Origin: Thermoplasmatota archaeon
GTDB lineage: Archaea; Thermoplasmatota; E2; UBA202; DSCA01
Direction: 5' to 3'
NCBI GenBank assembly: GCA_034660695.1
Contig: JAYEJS010000128.1
Location: forward strand, 1 to 20,000
Length of the DNA stretch: 20,000 nucleotides
Both the position numbers and the translations under genes were made by a program. Below are positions 11,832 to 20,000 of this stretch, one piece after another. Every line of letters starts with the position of its first letter. Position 1 is the first letter of the stretch. The notes beneath the pieces were generated by a model. It saw only the letters and a list, made by a program, of their open reading frames with translations, made no database searches and was not told the DNA's origin.

Positions 11832-11993
11832 ATGCCAATGGAAGAACCCATATATGAAGACACCGCGACCCCTGGCTGCGGCGAAGGTTTACTCTTCTTC
11901 TGTGGACTCGACGAACAATATTTCTGTTCCGGCCTTTTATTCAATTTTTGGTGTAGTGTGCCACAACGCCCATTCGTTCTAGCAGTAGAGTAG
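11832..11993 (+). CDS. Putative RiPP precursor peptide (53 aa, four Cys)
   Basis: MPMEEPIYEDTATPGCGEGLLFFCGLDEQYFCSGLLFNFWCSVPQRPFVLAVE; purine-rich GGGGGGAAAG RBS; directly upstream of a PqqD-like/rSAM/SPASM gene. Confidence 0.7.
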   Translation: MPMEEPIYEDTATPGCGEGLLFFCGLDEQYFCSGLLFNFWCSVPQRPFVLAVE

Positions 11994-12018
11994 TTGCTCC
12001 CTAGCTAGAAGGAACTAC
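11990..12018 (+). promoter_or_regulatory. Stem-loop between precursor and maturase genes
   Basis: GTAGTT...CC...GG-AACTAC hairpin beginning at the precursor stop codon. Confidence 0.35.
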
Positions 12019-12079
12019 TATAACCTCCGGAAATCAGACAACGATTTAGTTAGACTATTAACTAGGAGATGTATTCCAG

Positions 12080-13450
12080 ATGTATCCAACGTTAGAAAAA
12101 AACATTGAGTTAAGGTTTCAACCAACAGAAGCAGAGGTAATAAATAGAGGGAAGTTAAACTTCACGGCGGTTAACGATGTTGGGGCGGAAATCCTTGCGA
12201 GTTGCGATGGGAAAACTCCTATTGATGAAATATGTAGGAGAATGGCCCAGAGACACGATGACACCGTTAGAAGGGTGAAACCGATTATTTTAAGGTTCCT
12301 AGAAAAGGCAGAGAAAAGAGGACATGTCTCCTTTCATGACATATCTCAAGATCATTGTGGCACTATCTCAGGCAGCCGAAAGTATTTTACGCCAATACAG
12401 GCGTCTGTAGAGCTTACTATGGCATGCAATCTTAAATGCAGACATTGCTACGCGAATTCGGGGACATCAAAATCCAACGAGCTCTCTACGGAAGAATTTT
12501 TAGATATCTTTAGCAAGCTTTACAAAGTAGGCGTTGTTAGAGTGACTCTTACGGGCGGAGAACCTTTGCTTCACAATGATCTTCCCGAAATCCTAGAATT
12601 TTGCTTCAAAAAATTTCATTTGCAATTACTGACAAACGGTATTGGCGTTACCGAAAAAATAGCAAGACAATTATCTAGGTATATAGTCACTACACAACTC
12701 AGTTTGGACGGAGATAACTCGAAAACACATGACTACATGAGGGGAAAGAAGGGGGTCTTCGAAAAAACCATTAAAGCGATTAAAATACTAGTCAGACATA
12801 GAGTACCCACAGTTGTTGCCATGTCGGTAACACCATTCAATATAGACCAAATTGAGGGATGTCTTCATCTTGCGCTAGATCTAGGGGTTGCAGGATTCAG
12901 GGTAGGGGGTTTAACCCCAACTGGAAGAGCAAAGGATCTTGGATGGGAATTAAATGAAGAAGAATATAACGGGGTAAGGAAAACCAGGAGGAAACTTGCG
13001 AATAAATACAAAGACCAAATTTGGGTAGAATCGGAGGAAAGCTTAATTACCGGGGAAGAACGGACTGAAAAATCAAATGATAGGAGGAAAATAACTGTTG
13101 AGACAAAAGATAAGCCAAGGAAAATTAAACCGAGAAATTGTGGCGCAGGTTATAGAATGTTAGTGATATCTCCTACTGGAGAGGTTAGACCATGCCCTAT
13201 TATAAGCGACGAAAGATTGGTTATTGGAAATATAAAGAACGAGGGCATCAAAAATATCTTAAATCATAGAATAGCAAAAACCTTGCCGGAAGTCATTGCT
13301 CCAATCAAAGAAATCTGTGGCGAATGCAAGTATTTTTATAGATGCGAAGGCTGCATAGGTACTGGCTTAGTACAATGTACGGAAATAGAAGATTGCAACT
13401 GGGCAAAAAAAGAATTAAGAAAATTACCAAAAGTTCAAGGGAAGTTTTAA
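12080..13450 (+). CDS. Radical SAM/SPASM peptide maturase with N-terminal PqqD-like domain
   Basis: PqqD-like LNFTAVNDVGAEILASCDGKTPIDEICRRMAQRHD; CNLKCRHCY motif; C-terminal Cys set CGAGYRMLVISPTGEVRPCP...CGECKYFYRCEGCIGTG...C...C. Confidence 0.88.
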   Translation: MYPTLEKNIELRFQPTEAEVINRGKLNFTAVNDVGAEILASCDGKTPIDEICRRMAQRHDDTVRRVKPIILRFLEKAEKRGHVSFHDISQDHCGTISGSRKYFTPIQASVELTMACNLKCRHCYANSGTSKSNELSTEEFLDIFSKLYKVGVVRVTLTGGEPLLHNDLPEILEFCFKKFHLQLLTNGIGVTEKIARQLSRYIVTTQLSLDGDNSKTHDYMRGKKGVFEKTIKAIKILVRHRVPTVVAMSVTPFNIDQIEGCLHLALDLGVAGFRVGGLTPTGRAKDLGWELNEEEYNGVRKTRRKLANKYKDQIWVESEESLITGEERTEKSNDRRKITVETKDKPRKIKPRNCGAGYRMLVISPTGEVRPCPIISDERLVIGNIKNEGIKNILNHRIAKTLPEVIAPIKEICGECKYFYRCEGCIGTGLVQCTEIEDCNWAKKELRKLPKVQGKF

Positions 13451-13484
13451 AAAGTTGTATGCGTTGGAAAGAAACATGGATAAG

Positions 13485-14880
13485 ATGAAGAAGTTAATGA
13501 AGATGATAGCCATTCCGATGGTGATACTATTATTATCTGCAAGCAGCATGACAAATATAGCTTGCAACGTAAAAATTAATCATCAGCTTCAACAATCAAT
13601 CGATGAAGTCGTACTTCAAACCAATTTCAAGCCTCATGTTGTTGTAGCTATGATAGATTCTGGCATAAATGTTTACCACGAGATATTCAGAAGAGAAGAT
13701 ATGGTGCAGCACCCTTCTACATATATTGGAGGATTTCCGGAAGATGCAGAGGCAATCAATTTAACTTTTGGTGATGATTGGGAAAGCAACTATGAGAATG
13801 ATAAGGAAATATGGGAAAACCTTGAAGAAAAAAAATTATACTGGTTTCCGCATACAAATATCATTGGCATATCCTTTGGGCAGTCAACTTGGTATGGAAG
13901 AGAAGAGCCTGGAGATCCTATTTTAGATGATGTTGGCCATGGAACAAGTACATCTTCTATTATAGAAAAAATAAATCCTAATGTAACAATTTTGATGGTT
14001 GAAACGGGAGGAAATAAACTGAAAGAGGCTTTGTCGTGGACAGTAAATCGGTCATGGATTGATATTATTGTTCCCGAGTTTGGTGTCTGGTATCGTCCAC
14101 GCATGCTTTTCTGGACAACAATTTGGTGGTCTGGCTTTCAAGAAATTTCCAAAAGAGGAGTGAAAAATGGAAAAATAATTGTTACAGCCGCTGGCAACAG
14201 ACCATGGATAATCCCAGAGCTTTCTTACATATCCGGACCACCATGGGTTATTTCCGTTGGAGGAGCAGAAGGATATTGTCATGGAATAGACTTATCGACA
14301 GCCAAAAGTGCTGACTACGTTTCAACATTTACGAGAAAAATTGCATTTCATTTTAATACATCAACATACTGGGTGGGGTCAGGAACAAGTTTATCTATTC
14401 CGACGGTAGCAGGTACGCTATCTTCAATCATTTTAAAGATAAGAGAGGAATTGAATGAATTATACCTATGGAATAAGGAATGGGGCATTGATTGATGTCC
14501 CAGAAGAAGGAATTCATATTACAAACTGGGATATAAGGAATACACTAAACCATACTGCCACCTATTGGAACACAAGTGATTGGAGTTTTTATGACTGGAT
14601 ATTTAAATGGCCATGTAGAAATGCAATTGATCCTTATACTGGTGAACCTGTTTCTTTATGGCTCAAAATTTTATTGAGGATAGTGACTGCAAATATCCCT
14701 GTAAACCCAGTTGCTCCTTGGCTACAAATGAGTTGGGGATTTGTGAATGAAAGCATAGTAAATGATACAATAGATGTTTTACTCGGCAAAAAAGAAATGC
14801 CGGAGAAACCAGAAGGGGCAATAAGATATATGGAAGCCATCTATAAAATTCGAGAAATGATTTGGAGAAGTTATTCATGA
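13485..14880 (+). CDS. Subtilisin-like (S8) serine protease with signal peptide, apparently frameshifted near 14455-14495
   Basis: Asp AMIDSGIN, His DVGHGTSTSS, Ser GSGTSLSIPTVAGT. ORF 13455..14495 overlaps 14455..14880, whose GIHITNWDIRNTLNHTA resembles the helix following the catalytic Ser. Confidence 0.75.
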
Positions 14881-14947
14881 TGGACAACATCGTACTATGC
14901 GGAATGAGCAATGATCAAAGAAATTTGTCGAGGTGAATTAAGAAACG

Positions 14948-15934
14948 ATGTCAGCGATCATAACCACTGATTTAATAAAGAAATACAAAACCTCCTTTTC
15001 CCTTAAAAAACTCTTAGGAAAAAGAGATTTTATCCAGGAGACAGTAGCATTGAATGGCCTTTCATTTTCGGTTGGTGAAGGAGAAATCTACGGGATTTTA
15101 GGTCCAAATGGAGCTGGTAAAACCACTTTAATCAAAGTCTTAGCAACGATATTGTTGCCAGATGGTGGGGATGTTGAAATCCTTGGCTATAAGTTGCCTA
15201 GAGATGAAAAGAAAGTGAAAGATTTAATTGGTTTAAGCCTTGGGGAATATGAAAGAACATTCCAATGGAGGATAACTGGGAAACAAAATTTAGAATTCTT
15301 TGCAGCATTATTTGGCACACCGAAAAACTCTGTAAAAGATAAGATAGATGAGGTTTTATCTCTAGTTGGCTTAGAAGATAAAGCAGACACGTTGTTTTTG
15401 GAATATTCCACCGGCATGAAACACAAGCTAGCTATTGCTAGAGCATTACTTAATGATCCAGAGGTATTGCTCTTCGATGAACCAACAGCTGGTCTAGATG
15501 CTAAAACATCAAGAGAGGTTGGTAATTTTATAAGAACATTAACAAAAAATGGTACAACCATTATCTATACGACCCATCGCCTAGAAGAAGCTGGGAATCT
15601 CTGTGATAGAATTTTAATTTTAAATCAGGGGAAAAAGGTTGCGGAAGAGAGCCCAACCAATTTGAAAAAACTTGCTAGTGAAACAGAGGTTTTGCAAATA
15701 GAATTGAATGAGGTTAACGATTTATTGTTAGAGCAAATCCAAAATCTAGATGGAATTAAGGATGTTTACCTGACCGGCCCAAGGATAATAAGAATTCATT
15801 GTAACCAAATAAACGGGTCGATATATTCAATTTTGGATTTGATAAAATCAAAAGACGTAAAGATAAACCAAATATATTCTTTCACGCCATCCGTACAGGA
15901 TGCATTCCTAAAATTGACTGGTGAAGAAAAATGA
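14948..15934 (+). CDS. ABC transporter ATP-binding protein (exporter type)
   Basis: Walker A GPNGAGKTT, signature region STGMKHKLAIARAL, Walker B EVLLFDEPTAGLD. Confidence 0.95.
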   Translation: MSAIITTDLIKKYKTSFSLKKLLGKRDFIQETVALNGLSFSVGEGEIYGILGPNGAGKTTLIKVLATILLPDGGDVEILGYKLPRDEKKVKDLIGLSLGEYERTFQWRITGKQNLEFFAALFGTPKNSVKDKIDEVLSLVGLEDKADTLFLEYSTGMKHKLAIARALLNDPEVLLFDEPTAGLDAKTSREVGNFIRTLTKNGTTIIYTTHRLEEAGNLCDRILILNQGKKVAEESPTNLKKLASETEVLQIELNEVNDLLLEQIQNLDGIKDVYLTGPRIIRIHCNQINGSIYSILDLIKSKDVKINQIYSFTPSVQDAFLKLTGEEK

Positions 15935-16941
15935 AAAAGTTAATATTAATTTCTTTAGGTATCGAAATACCAATCTTTATCATGGTCTTGCTGTCAATAG
16001 CCTTGAACTACAATCCACAAGATTTCATATCGATCGCTCCTTATATTTTGCCGTTTATACTAATTTTCTCGTCTTTAACATTGATATGGTTTTTAATGGG
16101 AAAAAGTGGCTCTTTTCGGGTAACATATGCATTTATTAAAAGAAGGTTTCAAGTTTTCACATCTTACAAGTTTCAAATAATATTTACTATTTTTAATATC
16201 TTTTTAATGGTCATCATTTTTTATATTGTTGGCAAGCCTTTCGTAGAGATAATGTTTGCTTCTATGTCTGGTGGATTGCTAAATTATGGTGGATACGATT
16301 TTCTTACCTTCATCATCGTGGGCATGATAGCATGGCCCATGCTTTTGTCTGGCTACAGTATTGCCTCGCGTAAGATAAGACAGGAGCAATATACCGGTAT
16401 GTTCGAAATAATGATTCCAACAAAATATGGGGTGAAAGTTTTGCCATTTGCCTCCTTATTGACAGGAACATTAAGCTCTATCACAATGACGATATCTAGT
16501 TTGTTAGTCATAATTTTTCTCTTGCATGTCGACCTAAAATTAGGTAATCCCCTTGCTTTATTGGGATTAATCAGCATTATAATCCTCTCTCTTCTGACTA
16601 TGTGGGAACTGGGCTTAATATTTGGTGGATTGACGGCGATTTATAAACAACTTGGACCAGTTAGCTCAATCCTCCAAACAATAATGATGTTTTTTTGTGG
16701 GATTTACATCCCAGTACAAATATTGCCAGCTTATATTAAGCCATTATCTTATGCCCTTCCTTTGACATACGCCTTTAGAGCTATCAGGGCAAGTATGATA
16801 AGTGGGCAGGGTATAATGGATTACTTGTGGGATGTGATCGTCCTATTTATTTTCTGCGTTATAATGGTTATAGGCGGATACATAGTGTTTACTAAACTTC
16901 TGGACAAAGCCAGGAAATATGGAACAGTTTATGGCTATTGA
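15931..16941 (+). CDS. ABC-2 type transporter permease
   Basis: Multiple hydrophobic spans, 4-nt overlap with the ATPase gene, YALPLTYAFRAIRASMISG near the C terminus as in ABC-2 permeases. Confidence 0.88.
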   Translation: MKKLILISLGIEIPIFIMVLLSIALNYNPQDFISIAPYILPFILIFSSLTLIWFLMGKSGSFRVTYAFIKRRFQVFTSYKFQIIFTIFNIFLMVIIFYIVGKPFVEIMFASMSGGLLNYGGYDFLTFIIVGMIAWPMLLSGYSIASRKIRQEQYTGMFEIMIPTKYGVKVLPFASLLTGTLSSITMTISSLLVIIFLLHVDLKLGNPLALLGLISIIILSLLTMWELGLIFGGLTAIYKQLGPVSSILQTIMMFFCGIYIPVQILPAYIKPLSYALPLTYAFRAIRASMISGQGIMDYLWDVIVLFIFCVIMVIGGYIVFTKLLDKARKYGTVYGY

Positions 16942-17347
16942 AGTGCTTCTCTTACGTGTATAATTTTTTCATTTTGCCAAGGTGATGTAGGATAGAGGGT
17001 AGAAAGTCGGTAGAAGAACCTTCATTCCCTGAGAGAGAAGGTAGCCATTTTCTTGATTTCTACCACCCATGCTACACCGCCTAACCTCTGGGTAACAAGG
17101 TTTATAAATCAGTGAAATATCGATATATGTTGAAAAATACGGATAAACTTTACGAAGGATCGGAAACAGGTTTGCTGCCCGCGATTTAATCCCGAACCAT
17201 GAGATGAAAAAGAGATTACCTGGTGGGATAAATTGTCCCTCAAAGACTAGGTAAGATGTTTCCTTCACATTCCAGTTGGTTTCGGCAAAACTATAAGAAA
17301 AAGAGGTACAGTCGGCTCAAACGACCCGTGAACCCGAGAGCACAGGG

Positions 17348-17960
17348 GAGCCAACAACAACCTGTCATATACACCCAGAAGAGCCAACTGGTAATAATGC
17401 CTGGTATGTGAGTGATATTACAATAACATTAACTGCAACTGATGAGGTAAGCGGTGTAGACCGGTGTAGACTATACACTGTATAGACTTGATAATGGAGC
17501 ATGGCAGGCATATACAGGGCCATTTGTTGTTGATGGCGATGGAATACATAGCATTCAATACTATTCAGTTGACAATGTAGGGAATAAAGAGGATATAAAA
17601 GAAGAGCGGGTGCGAATGAATATTTGTGGATCAGAGATAACTGTCTCAAAGCCAATGAGCTATCTTTTCATCTTCGATAGAGCAATCATGCCATTGCCTG
17701 GAGACAAGCCATTGATTATTGGAAGAGCAACAATAATAGCAACCTTTGCGGATGTCGCTACTTCAGGAGTTGACAGTGCTGAGTTATATATTGATGATGA
17801 ACTCAAAACAAGCTTTGTGAGCGGAGTTGAGTATACATTGAATGAAAGGTTGCTCGGCGACCATACCATTAAAATTGTTGCTTATGACAAAGCAGGCAAT
17901 AAGGCAGTGAAAGAAATACGAGCGACGATATACAATTTGAATATATTCAAAGACTTCTAA
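17348..17960 (+). pseudogene. Remnant of secreted protein with OmpL47-like/Ig-like domains
   Basis: EPTTTCHIHPEEPTGNNAWYVSDITITLTATDEVSGVD, frameshift, then YRLDNGAWQAYTGPFVVDGDGIHSIQYYSVDNVGNKEDIK...SYLFIFDRAIMPLPGDKPLIIGRATIIATF. No start codon in the 5' part. Confidence 0.75.
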
Positions 17961-18028
17961 CCCTCCTCCCTCCTTTCCCATCTTTTATTCACCAAATATT
18001 TTATAACATGGATTTCATTTAGTATGCA

Positions 18029-18721
18029 ATGGAGCTTTTTGTGATACTTGTGGAGCCCAAATATTCTGGCAATGTGGGTGCGGTGGCAAGAGTGATGATG
18101 AACTTTGGTTTTCGCAATCTTATCATTGTTTCACCATCGTTTTCCGTCGACAATGACGACTGCAGAAAAATGGCTGTCCATGCCCAGGATATTTTAGATA
18201 ACGCTGTCATCCTCGACAGTTTCGGAGAAGCGTTGAAACATGTGGACTATATGGTCGGCACCTCTTCCATCGACAGCAAGAATGAAAAGCACCATCTCAG
18301 AAATGCTTTGCCGCTGAAAGAATTTTCGTCAGAGGTATATAGGATGGAAGGCGCTGTAGGCATAGCTTTCGGAAGAGAAGATTACGGATTATTCAATGAA
18401 GAACTCAAACAATGCGATGTCATGCTGAAAATACCTACCTCGGATGCCTATCCCAGCCTGAATCTGTCCCATGCTGCAGGTGTTGTTTTATACGAACTGT
18501 TTTCCCAAAGAAGAGAATTCGAACAGCCCAGGCTTGCCGACAGGATAGAAAAAGAAAAGTTGTATGAATACTTCGACAAATTGCTTGAGAGCATAAACTA
18601 TCCCGACCACAAAAAAGAAAATACCAAGGTAATGTTCCGCCGCATCATTGGACGAGCAATGCTCTCCAAGTGGGAATACCACACCCTTATGGGCGTTTTT
18701 AAAAAATCAAGGACTAAATAG
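18029..18721 (+). CDS. trmJ: SpoU/TrmJ-family RNA 2'-O-methyltransferase
   Basis: ILVEPKYSGNVGAVARVMMNFGF, VGIAFGREDYGLFNEELKQCD and IPTSDAYPSLNLSHAAGVVLYEL are the three SPOUT motifs. Confidence 0.92.
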   Translation: MELFVILVEPKYSGNVGAVARVMMNFGFRNLIIVSPSFSVDNDDCRKMAVHAQDILDNAVILDSFGEALKHVDYMVGTSSIDSKNEKHHLRNALPLKEFSSEVYRMEGAVGIAFGREDYGLFNEELKQCDVMLKIPTSDAYPSLNLSHAAGVVLYELFSQRREFEQPRLADRIEKEKLYEYFDKLLESINYPDHKKENTKVMFRRIIGRAMLSKWEYHTLMGVFKKSRTK

Positions 18722-18956
18722 TTTCAAGTGAAAACATAACATCCATTCCTTTCAGGGCGGTGTGGATCTTATCCGCGAGCCATAGAAGCGCCTCCACGTC
18801 TGGCTCTTCATTCCATTCGTAAACGAAGTCATAGTTCCCTCTCGAAGCTTTCAATCCTAGCTCCATCAAGCGGTTCCTAACCTCTGAGGGCAATGCTTTT
18901 GAATATTGATATGAATAGATTATCTTGTGGAACATTAGGAACCTTTCCAAATTCAC
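18714..18956 (-). CDS. Conserved-looking small hypothetical protein
   Basis: 80-aa ORF MNLERFLMFHKIIYSYQYSKALPSEVRNRLMELGLKASRG..., converges on trmJ with 8-bp overlap. Confidence 0.5.
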   Translation of the reverse strand: MNLERFLMFHKIIYSYQYSKALPSEVRNRLMELGLKASRGNYDFVYEWNEEPDVEALLWLADKIHTALKGMDVMFSLETI

Positions 18957-19111
18957 AAAGTTTTCATACTCAGGGTCAACCTTCTGCTTTTTTTTGCATT
19001 TTATTCATTCTTGCAAAAATCTGTGTAATGATAGAAAAAGATGCAGAGATGGCGTTATTCCCGCGGTTAAAACACTAAATTTTTATTTCAAGACCTTATT
19101 CCTTTCTCGAT

Positions 19112-19195
19112 GCGGGGATGGCCCAGCCTGGCAAGGCGCAGGATTGCTAATCCTGTGATCTTTTGATCTCGAGGGTTCAAATCCCTCTCCCCGCG
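19112..19195 (+). tRNA. tRNA-Ser (anticodon GCT)
   Basis: Acceptor GCGGGGA/TCCCCGC, anticodon arm GGATTGCTAATCC, long variable arm GTGATCTTTTGATCTC, T-arm GAGGGTTCAAATCCCTC, discriminator G. Confidence 0.93.
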
Positions 19196-19292
19196 CTATT
19201 TTTCTCAATTCACCATCGAGCAGGAGTTGTACCATCTACATACCATGAAGTTGAAGGAATTAAAGAGGCGGTTGGTGAAGGCCTTTTGCAGC

Positions 19293-19988
19293 TCATCTCC
19301 CAAAAACCCACCTCAAAATTTTTTGCAGTATCGATTCTTTCTTTCCAGCCTGGGGTTGGAAAACAGAGGGGGGGACAGGCAGCTCCGGTGCAGGATGTTC
19401 CACAGCACTTGTAATGCGGACTTTCATTGTCTTGCTTATTGTACGTGCACCTGTTATGAGCAAATCATTGTTATGATCTACGGCTATGCCGCGCATATAA
19501 TCATCTATAAGGTTGCTTACACGTTCACCAAGAAGCATGTCCATTATTTTGTCTCCCGTGTTCTTACCATATAATGCGGCATAATACTCGTTGACGGATT
19601 CCCTATGGCCGGTTACTGCAATATCTCCATTCTCCATTATGGCTGCACCATAAAGAAAACCTTTTGTCTTCTGTGAGGTTTCCCATAAAATATTAAAGCT
19701 GTAATCAAGTTTTAGCAGATAATGCATTTCCGTGCTATCTTCCGTTTTTCCTGCCACCACAAAATTTCCTTGCTCATCTATTGTTATCCTGATCGGGGCT
19801 TTATTCCCCTTTCGTATAAATTCGCGCTTTTTCCATCCTCGCTTTCCGCCGAACTTTGTTATCATTAAATCAAGATCGTTGCCATAACTGGTAAATCCCG
19901 ATGCCAGGACATCATTGTAAGCATCTACAGTGGCACCGGTATACAGTGCAATTATTCCCTTTCTGCGAATTTTTCTCCACAGAATCAT
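19293..19988 (-). CDS. Probable beta-propeller/SBBP-type repeat protein, possibly truncated at its 5' end
   Basis: DVLASGFTSYGNDLDLMITKFG, RITIDEQGNFVVAGKTEDS, GAAIMENGDIAVTGHRES, GIAVDHNNDLLITGART resemble propeller blades; repeat-like sequence is already present at the annotated N terminus. Confidence 0.55.
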   Translation of the reverse strand: MILWRKIRRKGIIALYTGATVDAYNDVLASGFTSYGNDLDLMITKFGGKRGWKKREFIRKGNKAPIRITIDEQGNFVVAGKTEDSTEMHYLLKLDYSFNILWETSQKTKGFLYGAAIMENGDIAVTGHRESVNEYYAALYGKNTGDKIMDMLLGERVSNLIDDYMRGIAVDHNNDLLITGARTISKTMKVRITSAVEHPAPELPVPPSVFQPQAGKKESILQKILRWVFGR

Positions 19989-20000
19989 GCCGTTTAATTT

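Noticed and set aside
12080-13450. Radical SAM protein as a heme-pathway AhbC/AhbD/NirJ-type enzyme
   Set aside because: The N-terminal PqqD-like domain, adjacent Cys-rich peptide, protease and ABC exporter fit peptide maturation better; no heme genes nearby. Not fully excluded without a search.
13790-16577. Minus-strand ORFs opposite the cluster (13790..14104, 14052..14282, 14634..14840, 15187..15561, 16353..16577)
   Set aside because: Antisense to well-supported genes and lacking domain-like features.
16942-17347. Possible promoter (TTTATAAAT near 17100) and a short gene or RNA before the pseudogene
   Set aside because: No ORF or convincing RNA fold was found; a single TATA-like match is not sufficient support.
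19163-19574. Plus-strand ORFs 19163..19414 and 19227..19574
   Set aside because: They begin at or near the tRNA-Ser and run opposite the better-supported minus-strand propeller ORF; compositions look random.

Overview
Archaeal (euryarchaeal-type) window. The left ~6 kb is an rRNA operon: 16S, tRNA-Ala(TGC), 23S, 5S. Downstream are accessory modules: two secreted permuted-papain (YiiX-like) candidates, each followed by a secreted 52-aa-repeat protein (the second is degraded), a PemK/MazF-type toxin-antitoxin pair, and a putative RiPP cluster (Cys-rich 53-aa precursor, PqqD-like/radical-SAM/SPASM maturase, subtilisin-like protease, ABC exporter). A decayed OmpL47-like gene, a TrmJ-like methyltransferase and tRNA-Ser(GCT) follow. 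Main observations: (1) a 45-nt insertion in the 16S 530 loop, inside the universal 515F primer site, with a plausible bulge-helix-bulge (BHB) that restores the consensus exactly; (2) a 21-nt intron-like insertion in the T-loop of tRNA-Ala; (3) a 5S rRNA that closes only if it is ~225 nt long, carrying a ~93-nt structured insertion like the one known from Halococcus morrhuae; (4) four copies of the 5S 3' end plus its terminator (one full, one 233 bp at 232/233 identity, and 36-bp and 26-bp remnants) that mark successive module boundaries, suggesting serial accretion at the 5S 3' end; (5) the RiPP cluster at the innermost of these boundaries, with a 51-aa companion ORF coupled to the precursor. 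All calls come from reading the sequence; no database search or folding program was run.
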